DNA from: an uncultured Gammaproteobacteria bacterium
GTDB lineage: Bacteria; Patescibacteriota; Microgenomatia; Levybacterales; UBA12049
NCBI GenBank assembly: GCA_964416505.1
Contig: CAYQEJ010000001.1
Location: forward strand, 1,692-65,691
DNA length: 64,000 bases
Direction of reading: 5' to 3'
This document shows positions 28,851 through 38,351 of this stretch, piece by piece. Below the pieces are notes generated by a model. The model was not told the DNA's origin. It did no database searches and worked only from the letters and a program-made list of their open reading frames with translations. The translations under genes and the position numbers were made by a program. Positions within the stretch are counted from its first letter, which is position 1, and every line of letters starts with the position of its first letter.

Positions 28851-31724
28851 TTAAAGTATTTTTTTGAGAAACGCTCCAGTGTGAGATCTTGGATTATCGG
28901 CAATTTCCCGTGGGGTTCCTGTTGCAACTATATTTCCTCCGCCTTCTCCACCTTCTGGTCCTAAATCTATTATATAATCTGCGTTTTTAATAATATCAAG
29001 GTTATGTTCAATAACGATCACGCTATTTCCAATATCTACCAATTTTCTAAGAACGTGAAGTAATTTTTCTAGATCTGCAAAATGTAATCCTGATGTTGGT
29101 TCATCCAAAAGATAGAGTGATTTCGCTCCTCTTTTGGAAAGTTCGGATGCTAATTTTACTCGCTGTGCTTCTCCTCCTGAAAGAGTTGGGGCGGGTTGAC
29201 CGAGTTTTACATATGAAAGCCCTACGTCATTTAAAGTTAAGAGTCTATTTGATAAGGAAGGAATGAAGTTGAAGAATTCTGCAGCTTCTAAAACGCTCAT
29301 ATCTAATACATCGGCAATGTTTTTTCCATTAAACATTACTTCCAATGCTTCTTTGTTATATTGCTTTCCTTCACAAACTTCGCATGTTATATAAACATCT
29401 GGTAAGAATTGCATTTCAATTTTGATTTGGCCTTCTCCCTCGCAAGCTTCACATCTTCCACCTTTTACATTGAAGGAAAATCTGCCGGGTGCATATCCTT
29501 TAAGTCTAGCGTCCTTTGTTTTTGCAAAAATATCCCTGATGTAATTAAACGATCCGGTATATGTTGCCGGATTACTCCTAGGGGTTCTTCCAATTGGAGA
29601 TTGATCAATTGAGTAAATGTGTTTTATATGCTCATATCCTTGAATACTTGTGTGTTTTCCTGGTTTTTCTCTGTGGAAAGGATCTTCTAATTGTTTTAAA
29701 CCATGGTATAAAATATCGTTAATCAAAGTTGATTTTCCGCTTCCTGAAACGCCTGTCACTACGATTAATTTTCCTAGTGGAAATTCTACATCTATATTTT
29801 TTAGATTATGCTCACTTGCTCCTCTTATGATTAGTTTTTCATTTATTCCATTTTCCATTTTTTTCTCTACTTTTATTTTTCTTTTTTTGGAAAGATATGC
29901 ACCTGTTAGGGAAGCTTCATCTTTTTTAATTTCATCTATTGTTCCTTCAAATATAATATTTCCTCCACCCTCTCCTGCCTGAGGACCAAAGTCTACAATG
30001 TAATCTGACGCTTCCATCGTCTCTTCATCATGTTCAACAACAAGAACTGTATTTCCTAAATTCTTGAGCTTTATCAAGGTTTCTATAAGTTTTTTATTAT
30101 CTCTTTGATGAAGTCCTATCGAAGGTTCATCCAAAACATATAGAACTCCAGTAAGTCCCGAGCCAATTTGAGATGCTAGCCTAATGCGTTGTGCTTCTCC
30201 TCCGGCTAAGGTATCCGCTCCACGAGAAAGAGTAAGGTAATCAAGTCCAACATTTGTTAAGAAGGTAAGACGCTGTATTATTTCTTTGAGAATTAATCTT
30301 CCGATTGTCTCTTCACGAGATGAGATGCTTGCTGGGAGTGTCTCAAAAAATTTTAGAGCTTTATCAATAGAAACATCCGAAATTTCCATGATCGACTTTC
30401 CATTTATTGTTACCATGAGTGCCTCTTTCCTAAGGCGTGAGCCTTTACAGGATGGACAGGTTTCATATTTCATGAATTTTTCAATTTGGGATTTGAAAAA
30501 AGTTGATTCTGTATTCTGATATCTATTTGTAAGTTCCTGAAGAATTCCCGGAAATTTTTCTGAAATTGTCGTATTTCTTCCCCACCTGTTTTCTCCGTGA
30601 ACAAAATATTCTCTATCCCCCGTTCCTTCTAGAAGTATTTGTTTTTTCTCAGGAGAAATTTCTGATAGCCTTTGGCTAAGTGGAATCCCATTGTTTTCAG
30701 CAAATGTCTTAAAAGTTCTAGTAAACCATGTATCATGAGATAAAAGATTTGAGAATGGAAGAACCCCACCTTCTAGAATTGTAAGATTATTATTGAATAC
30801 AAGTTCTTTATCTACTGTAAGAATGTTACCCAAGCCATCGCAGGTGGGACATGCTCCATGTGGAGTATTAAAAGAAAAGATGCGTGGTTCTACTTCTGCT
30901 ATAGAAATATTACATACAGGACAGGCAAATTTAGTGGAATATAAATTATCTTCCATTTTTTTTGGTTTATCTGGAATTTCAAATCCTGGGTCTTTAATAA
31001 TTGTTAGTATTATTTCCCCGTCACCAAATTTGAGTGCTTGTTCTACGTCACTTGATACTCTTGAGCGATCAGTTTTATCTGAGAGCATGAGCTTATCAAT
31101 TATTACTTCGATTGAGTGTTTATTAGTTTTTATAAGCACTAGATCATCAGATAAGTCAAATATATGACCATCAACTCTAACCTGCTTGTAGCCTCTTTTT
31201 CTTAAATCTTCAAAAAGATCACGATATTCACCCTTTCTGTCTTTAACCATTGGAGAAAGGATCATTGCTTTTGTTTGTTTGGAATTTTGCATTGCTGAAA
31301 AATTCATTATCATGTCTGTAATTTGATCAGGCGATACACGAGAAATTTCTCTTCCGCAGTTAGGGCAATGTGGGTGCCCTATACGAGCAAATAGAAGTCT
31401 TAAATAATCATAGATTTCAGTGACGGTTCCAACTGTTGATCTGGGATTTCTGGATGTTGATTTTTGATCAATTGAAATTGCAGGAGAGAGCCCTTCTATG
31501 AGATCCACATCTGGTTTTTTCATTACGCCTAAGAATTGTCTTGCGTAAGAAGATAGAGATTCTACATATCTTCGTTGACCTTCTGCGTAAATGGTGTCAA
31601 AGGCCAATGAAGATTTTCCACTACCTGACAGACCGGTAAAAACGACCAGTTTATTTTTAGGAATTTTAAGATCAATATTTTTGAGGTTATGCTCTCTAGC
31701 GCCTTTTACAATAATTTCGTCCAT
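28851..31724 (-). CDS. uvrA: excinuclease ABC subunit A
   Basis: Two ABC ATPase modules ('GLSGSGKSSLAFDTIYAEGQRRY', 'GVSGSGKSTL') and zinc-finger Cys clusters. 957 aa. Confidence 0.95.
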   Translation of the reverse strand: MDEIIVKGAREHNLKNIDLKIPKNKLVVFTGLSGSGKSSLAFDTIYAEGQRRYVESLSSYARQFLGVMKKPDVDLIEGLSPAISIDQKSTSRNPRSTVGTVTEIYDYLRLLFARIGHPHCPNCGREISRVSPDQITDMIMNFSAMQNSKQTKAMILSPMVKDRKGEYRDLFEDLRKRGYKQVRVDGHIFDLSDDLVLIKTNKHSIEVIIDKLMLSDKTDRSRVSSDVEQALKFGDGEIILTIIKDPGFEIPDKPKKMEDNLYSTKFACPVCNISIAEVEPRIFSFNTPHGACPTCDGLGNILTVDKELVFNNNLTILEGGVLPFSNLLSHDTWFTRTFKTFAENNGIPLSQRLSEISPEKKQILLEGTGDREYFVHGENRWGRNTTISEKFPGILQELTNRYQNTESTFFKSQIEKFMKYETCPSCKGSRLRKEALMVTINGKSIMEISDVSIDKALKFFETLPASISSREETIGRLILKEIIQRLTFLTNVGLDYLTLSRGADTLAGGEAQRIRLASQIGSGLTGVLYVLDEPSIGLHQRDNKKLIETLIKLKNLGNTVLVVEHDEETMEASDYIVDFGPQAGEGGGNIIFEGTIDEIKKDEASLTGAYLSKKRKIKVEKKMENGINEKLIIRGASEHNLKNIDVEFPLGKLIVVTGVSGSGKSTLINDILYHGLKQLEDPFHREKPGKHTSIQGYEHIKHIYSIDQSPIGRTPRSNPATYTGSFNYIRDIFAKTKDARLKGYAPGRFSFNVKGGRCEACEGEGQIKIEMQFLPDVYITCEVCEGKQYNKEALEVMFNGKNIADVLDMSVLEAAEFFNFIPSLSNRLLTLNDVGLSYVKLGQPAPTLSGGEAQRVKLASELSKRGAKSLYLLDEPTSGLHFADLEKLLHVLRKLVDIGNSVIVIEHNLDIIKNADYIIDLGPEGGEGGGNIVATGTPREIADNPRSHTGAFLKKIL

Positions 31725-31767
31725 TTTGATGAGCTACTATTATAAAGGAAATTTTTACTTATAACAA

Positions 31768-32442
31768 TCATGGACGCCAGGCTTCATAAGCATAGTAGTC
31801 TCCACTTTTTCCAACACATGCATAAGGAGTATCTTTAAGCATGTTTGCATGATGTCCTGGAGAATCAATCCAGCCTTGTACAATTTTTGTAATATCTCCA
31901 CCCATTGCTATGTTTTCTACAACCTCACGATAAGAAGGATATGGAAGTGATTTTGAATTAACTCTGTTCGAGAATCCATCATGATTAAAGCCATTTACGA
32001 TTTCACCTGCTCTTGTAATTGCGAAGCCACATGTATATGGATCCGAGGATACACTAGAAAGACCATTTGATGCCCGAAAATTATTAATTTCATTTAAAAG
32101 TTCGCTTTCCCCGCCAGAGTATGAGCTGGGAGGGTTGTTATTTGTAGAATTTTCTGATGGAGCTTTGGTCGGTTCGGGTTTTGGTGTTGGTGAAGGAGTA
32201 ATCGAGATTGGTTTGGTAGGGATAAGTGTTATAGTTCTGTTAGCAACTCTACTAGAAACTACAGAATAATTTGAAGCTTCATTTGTGTTTAGTGTGACCG
32301 TTTTTGGACTTTCAATTGTGGTTTTTTGGTAGCTATTTTTTTTCTGAATATCGAATATTAGAAGTACATCTAGAATTAATAAGCAACTTATCAAAAAGGT
32401 TCGATTGATAGTCCAAAACACACATTGATAATAACAAATCAA
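31768..32442 (-). CDS. CAP (SCP/PR-1/YkwD-like) domain secreted protein
   Basis: 'GWIDSPGHHANML' and 'NFRASNGL' are CAP-domain motifs. N-terminal hydrophobic anchor and a P/T-rich linker. Confidence 0.65.
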   Translation of the reverse strand: MICYYQCVFWTINRTFLISCLLILDVLLIFDIQKKNSYQKTTIESPKTVTLNTNEASNYSVVSSRVANRTITLIPTKPISITPSPTPKPEPTKAPSENSTNNNPPSSYSGGESELLNEINNFRASNGLSSVSSDPYTCGFAITRAGEIVNGFNHDGFSNRVNSKSLPYPSYREVVENIAMGGDITKIVQGWIDSPGHHANMLKDTPYACVGKSGDYYAYEAWRP

Positions 32443-32508
32443 TATTAATTTTCAACACCTAAAATGACATTTATAGGATTTGTTTTTAATTGATATATTT
32501 TGTGCATA

Positions 32509-32537
32509 TTGACTTGAAATTTTTCACAGCATAATAT
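32509..32537 (+). promoter_or_regulatory. sigma70 promoter of the 32780 repeat-protein gene (start of an ~235-nt leader)
   Basis: TTGACT-17-TAATAT. Confidence 0.45.
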
Positions 32538-32654
32538 CTTAAAATAATCAAAAATTCTTGATTGTCGAGTATTAACAACATAATCAAGAAAAGTTCTGAC
32601 CGCAAACGGAAGAATGAAATTAACTGTCCAAATTAATTTAGACTATTAGAGAAA

Positions 32655-32687
32655 AGCCTAGTATAGAAATATACGGGCTTTTTTTGT
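32655..32687 (+). terminator. leader-internal intrinsic terminator (GAAA tetraloop hairpin plus U7), putative attenuator
   Basis: AGCCtaGTATA-GAAA-TATACGGGCT followed by TTTTTTT, about 95 nt upstream of the SD/ATG. Confidence 0.5.
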
Positions 32688-32779
32688 GCTTTTACGGTTG
32701 CAATTGCTGATTAATTTGGAAACACCGGTTGGAAAAAGCTGCCCTTTTTCTAACCACATCATGAAAGGAGGTGAATAAA

Positions 32780-33382
32780 ATGATAAGTTATACAAAAAAA
32801 TTAGGAACAGCATTTGCTACTGCAACATTAATTGCTTCAGTATTTGCTCCTATTGCAAGCGCAGATACAAATGTTACTGTAAGCGATAATGGTCATGCTT
32901 CAAATAATACAGTTAATGTTACAAATAACAATACTGTTAACGTAACCCAATCAAACGTAATGACTGTGGGTTTGAACATAAATTCTTCTGCAAATACAGG
33001 AGGAAATAGTGCAAATGGTAACACGGGTGGAAATGTAACAATTTCTACCGGGAATGCTACAAGCAATGTAACCGTTGCTGTCGAAGGAGGATCAAACACA
33101 GCTGATCTATCAAACTGTGGATGTGGAACTACCAACGATACTGTAGAAATAAAAGATAACGGAGGCAAATCTAAGAATAAAGTTACTATAAATAACAAAA
33201 ATTCTAAGAAGGTAACTCAAACAAGCGTAGTTACTGTTTCCGCAGGTGTAAATTCTAAAGCAAAGACAGGATACAATAAAGCGAACAAAAACACTCAGGG
33301 AAATGTAAATGTCACAACTGGTGACTCTGAGTCTACTGTTGATGTTTTGGTGAGTGCACCATCTAATGATGTTAGTCTCTAA
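32780..33382 (+). CDS. secreted Asn/Thr/Gly-rich modular repeat protein (family member 1 of 4)
   Basis: Signal peptide, then repeated 'NTGGNSANGNTGGNVTISTGNATSNVTV' modules with a 'NCGCG' Cys pair. SD AAAGGAGG 7 nt upstream; the track start at 32771 is GTG. Confidence 0.55.
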   Translation: MISYTKKLGTAFATATLIASVFAPIASADTNVTVSDNGHASNNTVNVTNNNTVNVTQSNVMTVGLNINSSANTGGNSANGNTGGNVTISTGNATSNVTVAVEGGSNTADLSNCGCGTTNDTVEIKDNGGKSKNKVTINNKNSKKVTQTSVVTVSAGVNSKAKTGYNKANKNTQGNVNVTTGDSESTVDVLVSAPSNDVSL

Positions 33383-33400
33383 AAAGGGATTGCATTTTCA

Positions 33401-33430
33401 AAAACCCTGCCCTGTGCAGGGTTTTTGGGT
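33401..33430 (+). terminator. rho-independent terminator
   Basis: AAAACCCTGCcctgtGCAGGGTTTTTGGGTTTT. Confidence 0.6.
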
Positions 33431-33440
33431 TTTAAGAAGA

Positions 33441-33483
33441 TTTTGCAAAGACGAGTAGGCGTTTGAATGAAGTTCCGATTGGC
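33441..33483. repeat. 43-bp direct repeat A: displaced copy of the sortase 3' coding end (5 mismatches)
   Basis: The reverse complement encodes PIGTSFKRLLVFAK, matching the sortase C-terminus PIGTSFKRLLIFAKPV encoded at 34333..34375. Confidence 0.8.
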
Positions 33484-33594
33484 ACGCCCGCAACTGCTCG
33501 CAGTTTTGCATTTCGGGCGAGACAGTTATTAACAAAGACTTACTTTTCAGGTGAAGTAAATATTAAAATTATTTTGAATGGGGTTTCTACTCAG

Positions 33595-33632
33595 TCCTAT
33601 AGTTTGACATTTTTAGCCTCGATTGATATACT
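33595..33632 (+). promoter_or_regulatory. TCCTATAG-box consensus promoter of the cassette gene
   Basis: tcctatagtTTGACA-17nt-TATACT-11nt-ATG (33644). Confidence 0.55.
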
Positions 33633-33643
33633 TTCGGACTATT

Positions 33644-34321
33644 ATGACAAGAAAAGAAGTTTTGTCTGGAGAATCCGTTGTTGAAGGACGAGAATCAGTA
33701 CCAGATGATAGACTAATTGCCTTATGGCAAAAGTTAAATTACGGGTCTCATATAGCTGGTGAAGTTGCAAATAGAAATTTATTTACCCATGCGTTTAGGC
33801 ATTCAGGATATAGTATAGAGGGAAAAAAAGTATCAATATCTTTTGGATATAAACGACCTGGAGTCATTTATAGATTACTAGACACTTATGGATATAAATA
33901 TACTCTCAAACCAGGAGTTGTTCTTGATGCAAGACAGACTGCTGCTTTTTACCAAGGAGTTGCTGGAATAAGCATTATAGAGCAAGTAGATGAATTATCG
34001 GAGCGAAGACTAGATTTAGCTGTTAGAAGAGATGGGCAGATCATAGAATCTGCTGTCGCTGAATCTACGCATGGGTTAAGTACTCAGGGCGTAGGCTTGG
34101 TAACATCTCTATGGCAAGAAAATGATTATTATAGAGACTTGTTAGATGGAGATTGCGAAGGTAGGATAGATGCGCAAACTCATGCTTTTGTAGCAAGACG
34201 AGGTATTACGTTAAGTGAAATAGAGCCTGCGGAAAGATATTTAGGTGCGATTGTTGGATATCTCCAAGGTTTACGCCGTGGTCCTCAACCATTTTTTCCA
34301 GTATCCCCTTCTGTTAAATAA
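33644..34321 (+). CDS. hypothetical protein (cassette passenger), atypical composition
   Basis: The ORF-track start at 33623 is a TTG that overlaps the -10; the first ATG is at 33644 (MTRKEVLSGES...). No family recognised. Confidence 0.45.
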   Translation: MTRKEVLSGESVVEGRESVPDDRLIALWQKLNYGSHIAGEVANRNLFTHAFRHSGYSIEGKKVSISFGYKRPGVIYRLLDTYGYKYTLKPGVVLDARQTAAFYQGVAGISIIEQVDELSERRLDLAVRRDGQIIESAVAESTHGLSTQGVGLVTSLWQENDYYRDLLDGDCEGRIDAQTHAFVARRGITLSEIEPAERYLGAIVGYLQGLRRGPQPFFPVSPSVK

Positions 34322-34323
34322 GT

Positions 34324-34899
34324 TTACACGGGTTTTGCAAAGATTAGGAGGCGTTTGAATGAAGTTCCGATGGGCCAGCATGTTTGGATAATTAATTGAT
34401 CTTTCGTTTCTTTTAGATACTTAACTTCTGAAGGAGAAACAATTTTTTTTTCAAAAACTTTATACTTAAATTCTTTTCCGTCCTTTTTAATAATTATTTG
34501 ATCATTTTTATTTAATTCTCCAAGACGTAGGAAAATTGTATTATATCTTGTGATTTCTAAAGGATTTCCTGATGAGTGTGCAAAAACAAATATACTCCCC
34601 TTTTCTCCAGGTTTTGCTGTTCCTTTGGCTTGGGCCACACCTGTTTTTAAAACTTCCTGATAAACCTTTTCGTTAAAAGGGTCTACATCCATTTTCAATG
34701 GAGCTTGAGCATTTATTTTGGGAATCGTTATAAATGATCCATTTAGCTCATTTTGAGATTTAATTTTTGGAGGAAAAAGATAAGTAGAAATAACTGGAGT
34801 AAAAATAATAAATAGTAAGAAAAGAGATGTGATAATTAAAAAATTTCCTACATGGTAGGAAAGATTTTTTTGTTTTTTTTGAATTTTCTTCTTTTTCAC
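34324..34899 (-). CDS. sortase (transpeptidase)
   Basis: N-terminal TM, 'FVFAHSSGN' (His), 'LIIQTCWP' (TLxTC Cys) and a conserved Arg near the C-terminus. Adjacent to an LPXTG substrate. The last 14 codons coincide with direct repeat B. Confidence 0.8.
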   Translation of the reverse strand: MKKKKIQKKQKNLSYHVGNFLIITSLFLLFIIFTPVISTYLFPPKIKSQNELNGSFITIPKINAQAPLKMDVDPFNEKVYQEVLKTGVAQAKGTAKPGEKGSIFVFAHSSGNPLEITRYNTIFLRLGELNKNDQIIIKKDGKEFKYKVFEKKIVSPSEVKYLKETKDQLIIQTCWPIGTSFKRLLIFAKPV

Positions 34900-34917
34900 G
34901 AGGAGAATTCTACCAGA

Positions 34918-36024
34918 TTACCTGGCAAATAGATAGTTTGGAGATCTTCCAGACCGTAGCCGCAAGTACCCACCCATAAAAAGCATTACTATATTTCCAA
35001 TTAGTAGGAAAAGAAGAGAAAAGTTACCTGTTATTGGAAGTATTTGTCCTGTGGTAGTTCCTGCTGTAGTTCCCCCTGATCCTCCTCCGTTATTACCATT
35101 TCCATTATTGTTGTTGCCGTTGTTTGAAGATGGTGGTGGAGTTGAGTCTGGTGGATTTTTTGTCGGGTCTTCATGGCAGCAGTCAACGTCTACAATTCCT
35201 CCGTTTATGTCTTTATTATCGATGGTTGTTGTGAGATAAATATCTCCTGTATTTATGTCTACGTTCCCATTGTTGTTATTTGCGCTGTTTTTTCCAGTAT
35301 TTAAATCCCAGTTAGAATTATTTACGATATTTGCGCTACTTTCGATATTTATATTTAGTGGATTCGAGTTGCTGTAGTTAACTTGATTATCAGATTTTGC
35401 TCCGTTTCCTTTTATAACTATATACGCACTTGCCCCGCTTGGATTTCCTGCGTGAACATTATAGATATTTATTCCTGAATTATTAATTATATCTGTTACG
35501 TAAATACTTCCTGTGTTTATGCTTACATTCCCAAGATTATTATTTGCACTATTGTAGCCGGTATTTGCTTTTCCTTTTACGTTGTTAGTTATGTTTGCAT
35601 TATTTGATACGTTTACATTTGTCGTTGAATTGGAATTAAAGTTAATCGAATTATCAGAATATGTCCCATTACCGGAAATATTGAATGTTTGATCATTCGT
35701 ACAGCAACCAAGCTCAACTGAGCTTTGATTTATATTTTCATTGTTAATTTGGGAATTTACTGTTGCATTTCCGGTATTTATATTTGTTTCTCCTGAGTTA
35801 TTGTTCGCGCTGTTTCCACCAGTATTAGCGGTGGTATTTACAGTATTAGTTATATTTGCATTATTTTCTTGATTTACAGTAGTAGTTTGAGTAGACGTGA
35901 CCGAAACATTGTTATCTGCTCCAGATCCATTATTTTCAATTACAATTGTCTCTGCAAATACTTTATATGGATTTGCAAGCAAAACTACAGATAAAAGACC
36001 CAATAAAATTTTTTTGTTTAACAT
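34918..36024 (-). CDS. LPXTG-anchored Asn/Thr/Gly-rich repeat surface protein (family member 2)
   Basis: Signal peptide. C-terminus 'LPITGNFSLLFLLIGNIVMLFMGGYLRLRSGR' has LPxTG, a hydrophobic stretch and a basic tail. Cys pairs 'GCC' and 'DCCHED'. Gly/Asn-rich pre-anchor spacer. Confidence 0.7.
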   Translation of the reverse strand: MLNKKILLGLLSVVLLANPYKVFAETIVIENNGSGADNNVSVTSTQTTTVNQENNANITNTVNTTANTGGNSANNNSGETNINTGNATVNSQINNENINQSSVELGCCTNDQTFNISGNGTYSDNSINFNSNSTTNVNVSNNANITNNVKGKANTGYNSANNNLGNVSINTGSIYVTDIINNSGINIYNVHAGNPSGASAYIVIKGNGAKSDNQVNYSNSNPLNINIESSANIVNNSNWDLNTGKNSANNNNGNVDINTGDIYLTTTIDNKDINGGIVDVDCCHEDPTKNPPDSTPPPSSNNGNNNNGNGNNGGGSGGTTAGTTTGQILPITGNFSLLFLLIGNIVMLFMGGYLRLRSGRSPNYLFAR

Positions 36025-36071
36025 AACTATATTTAGGCAGGAATTTACTAAATCCGAGGCAGAGGATTTAA

Positions 36072-38246
36072 TTAGACAGATTTAACTTTAATATATAATT
36101 TTCGACTTATTATAAATATTGCTAAAACAGGTAGTGCTAAGATAGCCCATGCTAAATTGACTGTTGGTTTTCCTGAATCATTTATTCCTTTTGTAAGTGA
36201 TCCCATTATTTTTGCTGTGTTTGCTCCTGCAACTTTTATATCTACATTTGGAGTAAATCCGTTTGAAGTAAATGTTGCAACTCCACCATTTGATCCACCC
36301 ACTGCTGCCACAGTTGTTGATTTAGTTGTATTTGTGCTTTCTGTTGATGAGTTATTGTTGCTAGAGTTATTTGATCCGGTTCCGCCCTGAGCGAGCACTT
36401 CATTGTTTTCTTTATGTTCTTTTGAGCTTCCTGGAGTAATAAAGTCTCCAATCCAGCTTCCAAAAACATTTACAACAGTTACTACTAATTTTCCATTTCC
36501 TACAATATTGTTGTTTACGAAATTCACTAAGTTAGCTACGATATTTGCATCTCCAGTTGTAATATTTGAATTTCCTCCTGTGTTGTAGTTAGTGGTGTTG
36601 TTTCCTGTGTTTGCTGACAAATTGAGAGTGTTATTTATGTCTGCAGTATTTGTTTGAGTGGTCGTATTATTAACTGTAGTTGATCCGTTAGCTACGTTGG
36701 TAGAATCTGCTCCATTTCCTGAATTTGTTGCAGTTATGCTTCCGGTTACAGGATTTATTAAGAATTGGAATAGTGGAGAACCAGCGAAGTTATTTCCATC
36801 TTGAGATCCAAACAATTTTCCAACCCAGTTTCCTGCTTCGTTCACTATTACTAACCACATGGTTCCTCCCATAAGATTCATGTTTGCAATATTTAAGATG
36901 TTTGCATCAATGTTTGAAGATCCGGTAGATATATTGTTGTCTCCACCAGTATTGAATTTGGAATCATTGTTTCCTGTATTTGCATCAAGTACTAATGTGT
37001 TTGTGATGTTGGCATCATTTGATTGGAATGTGTTGTTGTTAATAGTCGAATCAGAATTTGTTGTATTGCTCGATCCTGCTCCGTTTCCTGTATTTGAAAG
37101 CATTGTTGTGTCTCCACAGCTTCCTCCACAGATTGCATCCATCATTTCTTGGGTTAATATAATGTCTCCGACTAAATTTCCAAAAATATTTACTACGCCG
37201 TAAATTACGTTGCCCGCGATATTGTTGTTGGCAAATGTAACTGCATTTGCTGAAACATTTGCGTCACCAGTAGTGATGTTTGAGTCTCCACCTGTATTAA
37301 AGCTTGCTCCGTTGTTTCCGCTATTTGATGCAAGATTTAAGTTATTCCCTACAGTTGCGCTGTTGGTTTGATTTGTGTTGTTGTTTACTGTTGAGTCATT
37401 GGTTGCTTCATTGTAGGAGAATGCTCCATTTGCATCATTTTCTAAAGCTAGGCTTTGTCCACATCCTGCGATGCATCCTGCGTTGAAGTCCAAGATTATG
37501 TCTCCTTGATGGTCGTCTACTATATTGAACTCAGCTACAGCTACTCCATCCACGTTTGTATTTACAGATGTAACTACTGTTCCAGTTGTATTTGCGTCGC
37601 CTGTTGTTATTGAAGAATTCCCTACGTTAAATGAAGAATCATTATTTCCTGTAACGGTTGAGGAATTCATATTGTTGGATACGTTTGCGCTATTTCCCTG
37701 ATTTGTATTATTGTTTGTTGTTGATGAAGAATCGCCAATATTTGTTGAACCTGCACCATTTTCTGAATTAGAAATTGAAGTGCTTCCTCCACCACAGCAT
37801 CCGCTTGATGAAGTATTATTATTTCCGGTCGTTATTATTGATGAAGAATTGCTTCCATCCCCTGTGTTTATAGATGTATCTCCAACATTTCCATTTGAAG
37901 AGGTTCCTGTTCCTGATGAAGTAGGAGTTTGAGTTGTATCTGTTGTATTTGATGAAGCTGCTGGTGTAGGAGCTGGTTTTTCTTTTGGTTTATAGTTATC
38001 TGGATTCCAGGTTGGAGCTGTTGGTGCAGTAGGTGCAGTTGGCGCTGTAGGAGCCGTAGGAGCACTTGGTGCAGTTGGCGCTGTAGGAGCAACCGGTTCT
38101 TGTGGAGCAGTAGGTTCAGGAGTAGGTTGTACGGATGATGTATCGGCTGGAGTGGATTCTTCTGCAAGAACTGCAAAAGATGTACCCATTCTTCCGAAGA
38201 GCATAATTCCTATTAATAATATTGCGATTGATTTTTTAATTTTCAT
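36072..38246 (-). CDS. large secreted Asn/Thr/Gly-rich repeat protein with Pro-rich (TAP)n linker and C-terminal TM anchor (family member 3)
   Basis: Signal peptide; 'APTAPTAPSAPTAPTAPTAPTAPTAPT'; about 8 repeat modules with CC/CG Cys pairs; C-terminus 'LAWAILALPVLAIFIISRK'. Confidence 0.6.
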   Translation of the reverse strand: MKIKKSIAILLIGIMLFGRMGTSFAVLAEESTPADTSSVQPTPEPTAPQEPVAPTAPTAPSAPTAPTAPTAPTAPTAPTWNPDNYKPKEKPAPTPAASSNTTDTTQTPTSSGTGTSSNGNVGDTSINTGDGSNSSSIITTGNNNTSSSGCCGGGSTSISNSENGAGSTNIGDSSSTTNNNTNQGNSANVSNNMNSSTVTGNNDSSFNVGNSSITTGDANTTGTVVTSVNTNVDGVAVAEFNIVDDHQGDIILDFNAGCIAGCGQSLALENDANGAFSYNEATNDSTVNNNTNQTNSATVGNNLNLASNSGNNGASFNTGGDSNITTGDANVSANAVTFANNNIAGNVIYGVVNIFGNLVGDIILTQEMMDAICGGSCGDTTMLSNTGNGAGSSNTTNSDSTINNNTFQSNDANITNTLVLDANTGNNDSKFNTGGDNNISTGSSNIDANILNIANMNLMGGTMWLVIVNEAGNWVGKLFGSQDGNNFAGSPLFQFLINPVTGSITATNSGNGADSTNVANGSTTVNNTTTQTNTADINNTLNLSANTGNNTTNYNTGGNSNITTGDANIVANLVNFVNNNIVGNGKLVVTVVNVFGSWIGDFITPGSSKEHKENNEVLAQGGTGSNNSSNNNSSTESTNTTKSTTVAAVGGSNGGVATFTSNGFTPNVDIKVAGANTAKIMGSLTKGINDSGKPTVNLAWAILALPVLAIFIISRKLYIKVKSV

Positions 38247-38351
38247 TTTTTTTATTTTTAGTTTTAATTTTAATTTTTTCCTTATTTAGTTTATGTTTGG
38301 TGGCAGGGGTTCTTGTTGAAGTGCTAACAAGAGCGCCCCTACCGCCTTACA

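Larger units (their letters stand above)
33441..34375. mobile_element. ~0.85-kb integrated cassette bounded by a duplication of the sortase gene 3' end; promoter plus one passenger gene, no integrase
   Basis: Direct repeats of 43 bp (38/43 identical) flank a GC-richer ORF with its own consensus promoter. One repeat is the functional 3' end of the sortase CDS, an att-site-like reconstitution. Confidence 0.45.

Noticed and set aside
33595-33602. Resemblance of CCTATAG to the T7-phage promoter core (…CACTATAGG, reverse complement).
   Set aside because: Only a 7-mer is shared and it sits in the wrong position relative to transcription. The motif is better explained as an extended -35/UP-like box of host-type promoters.
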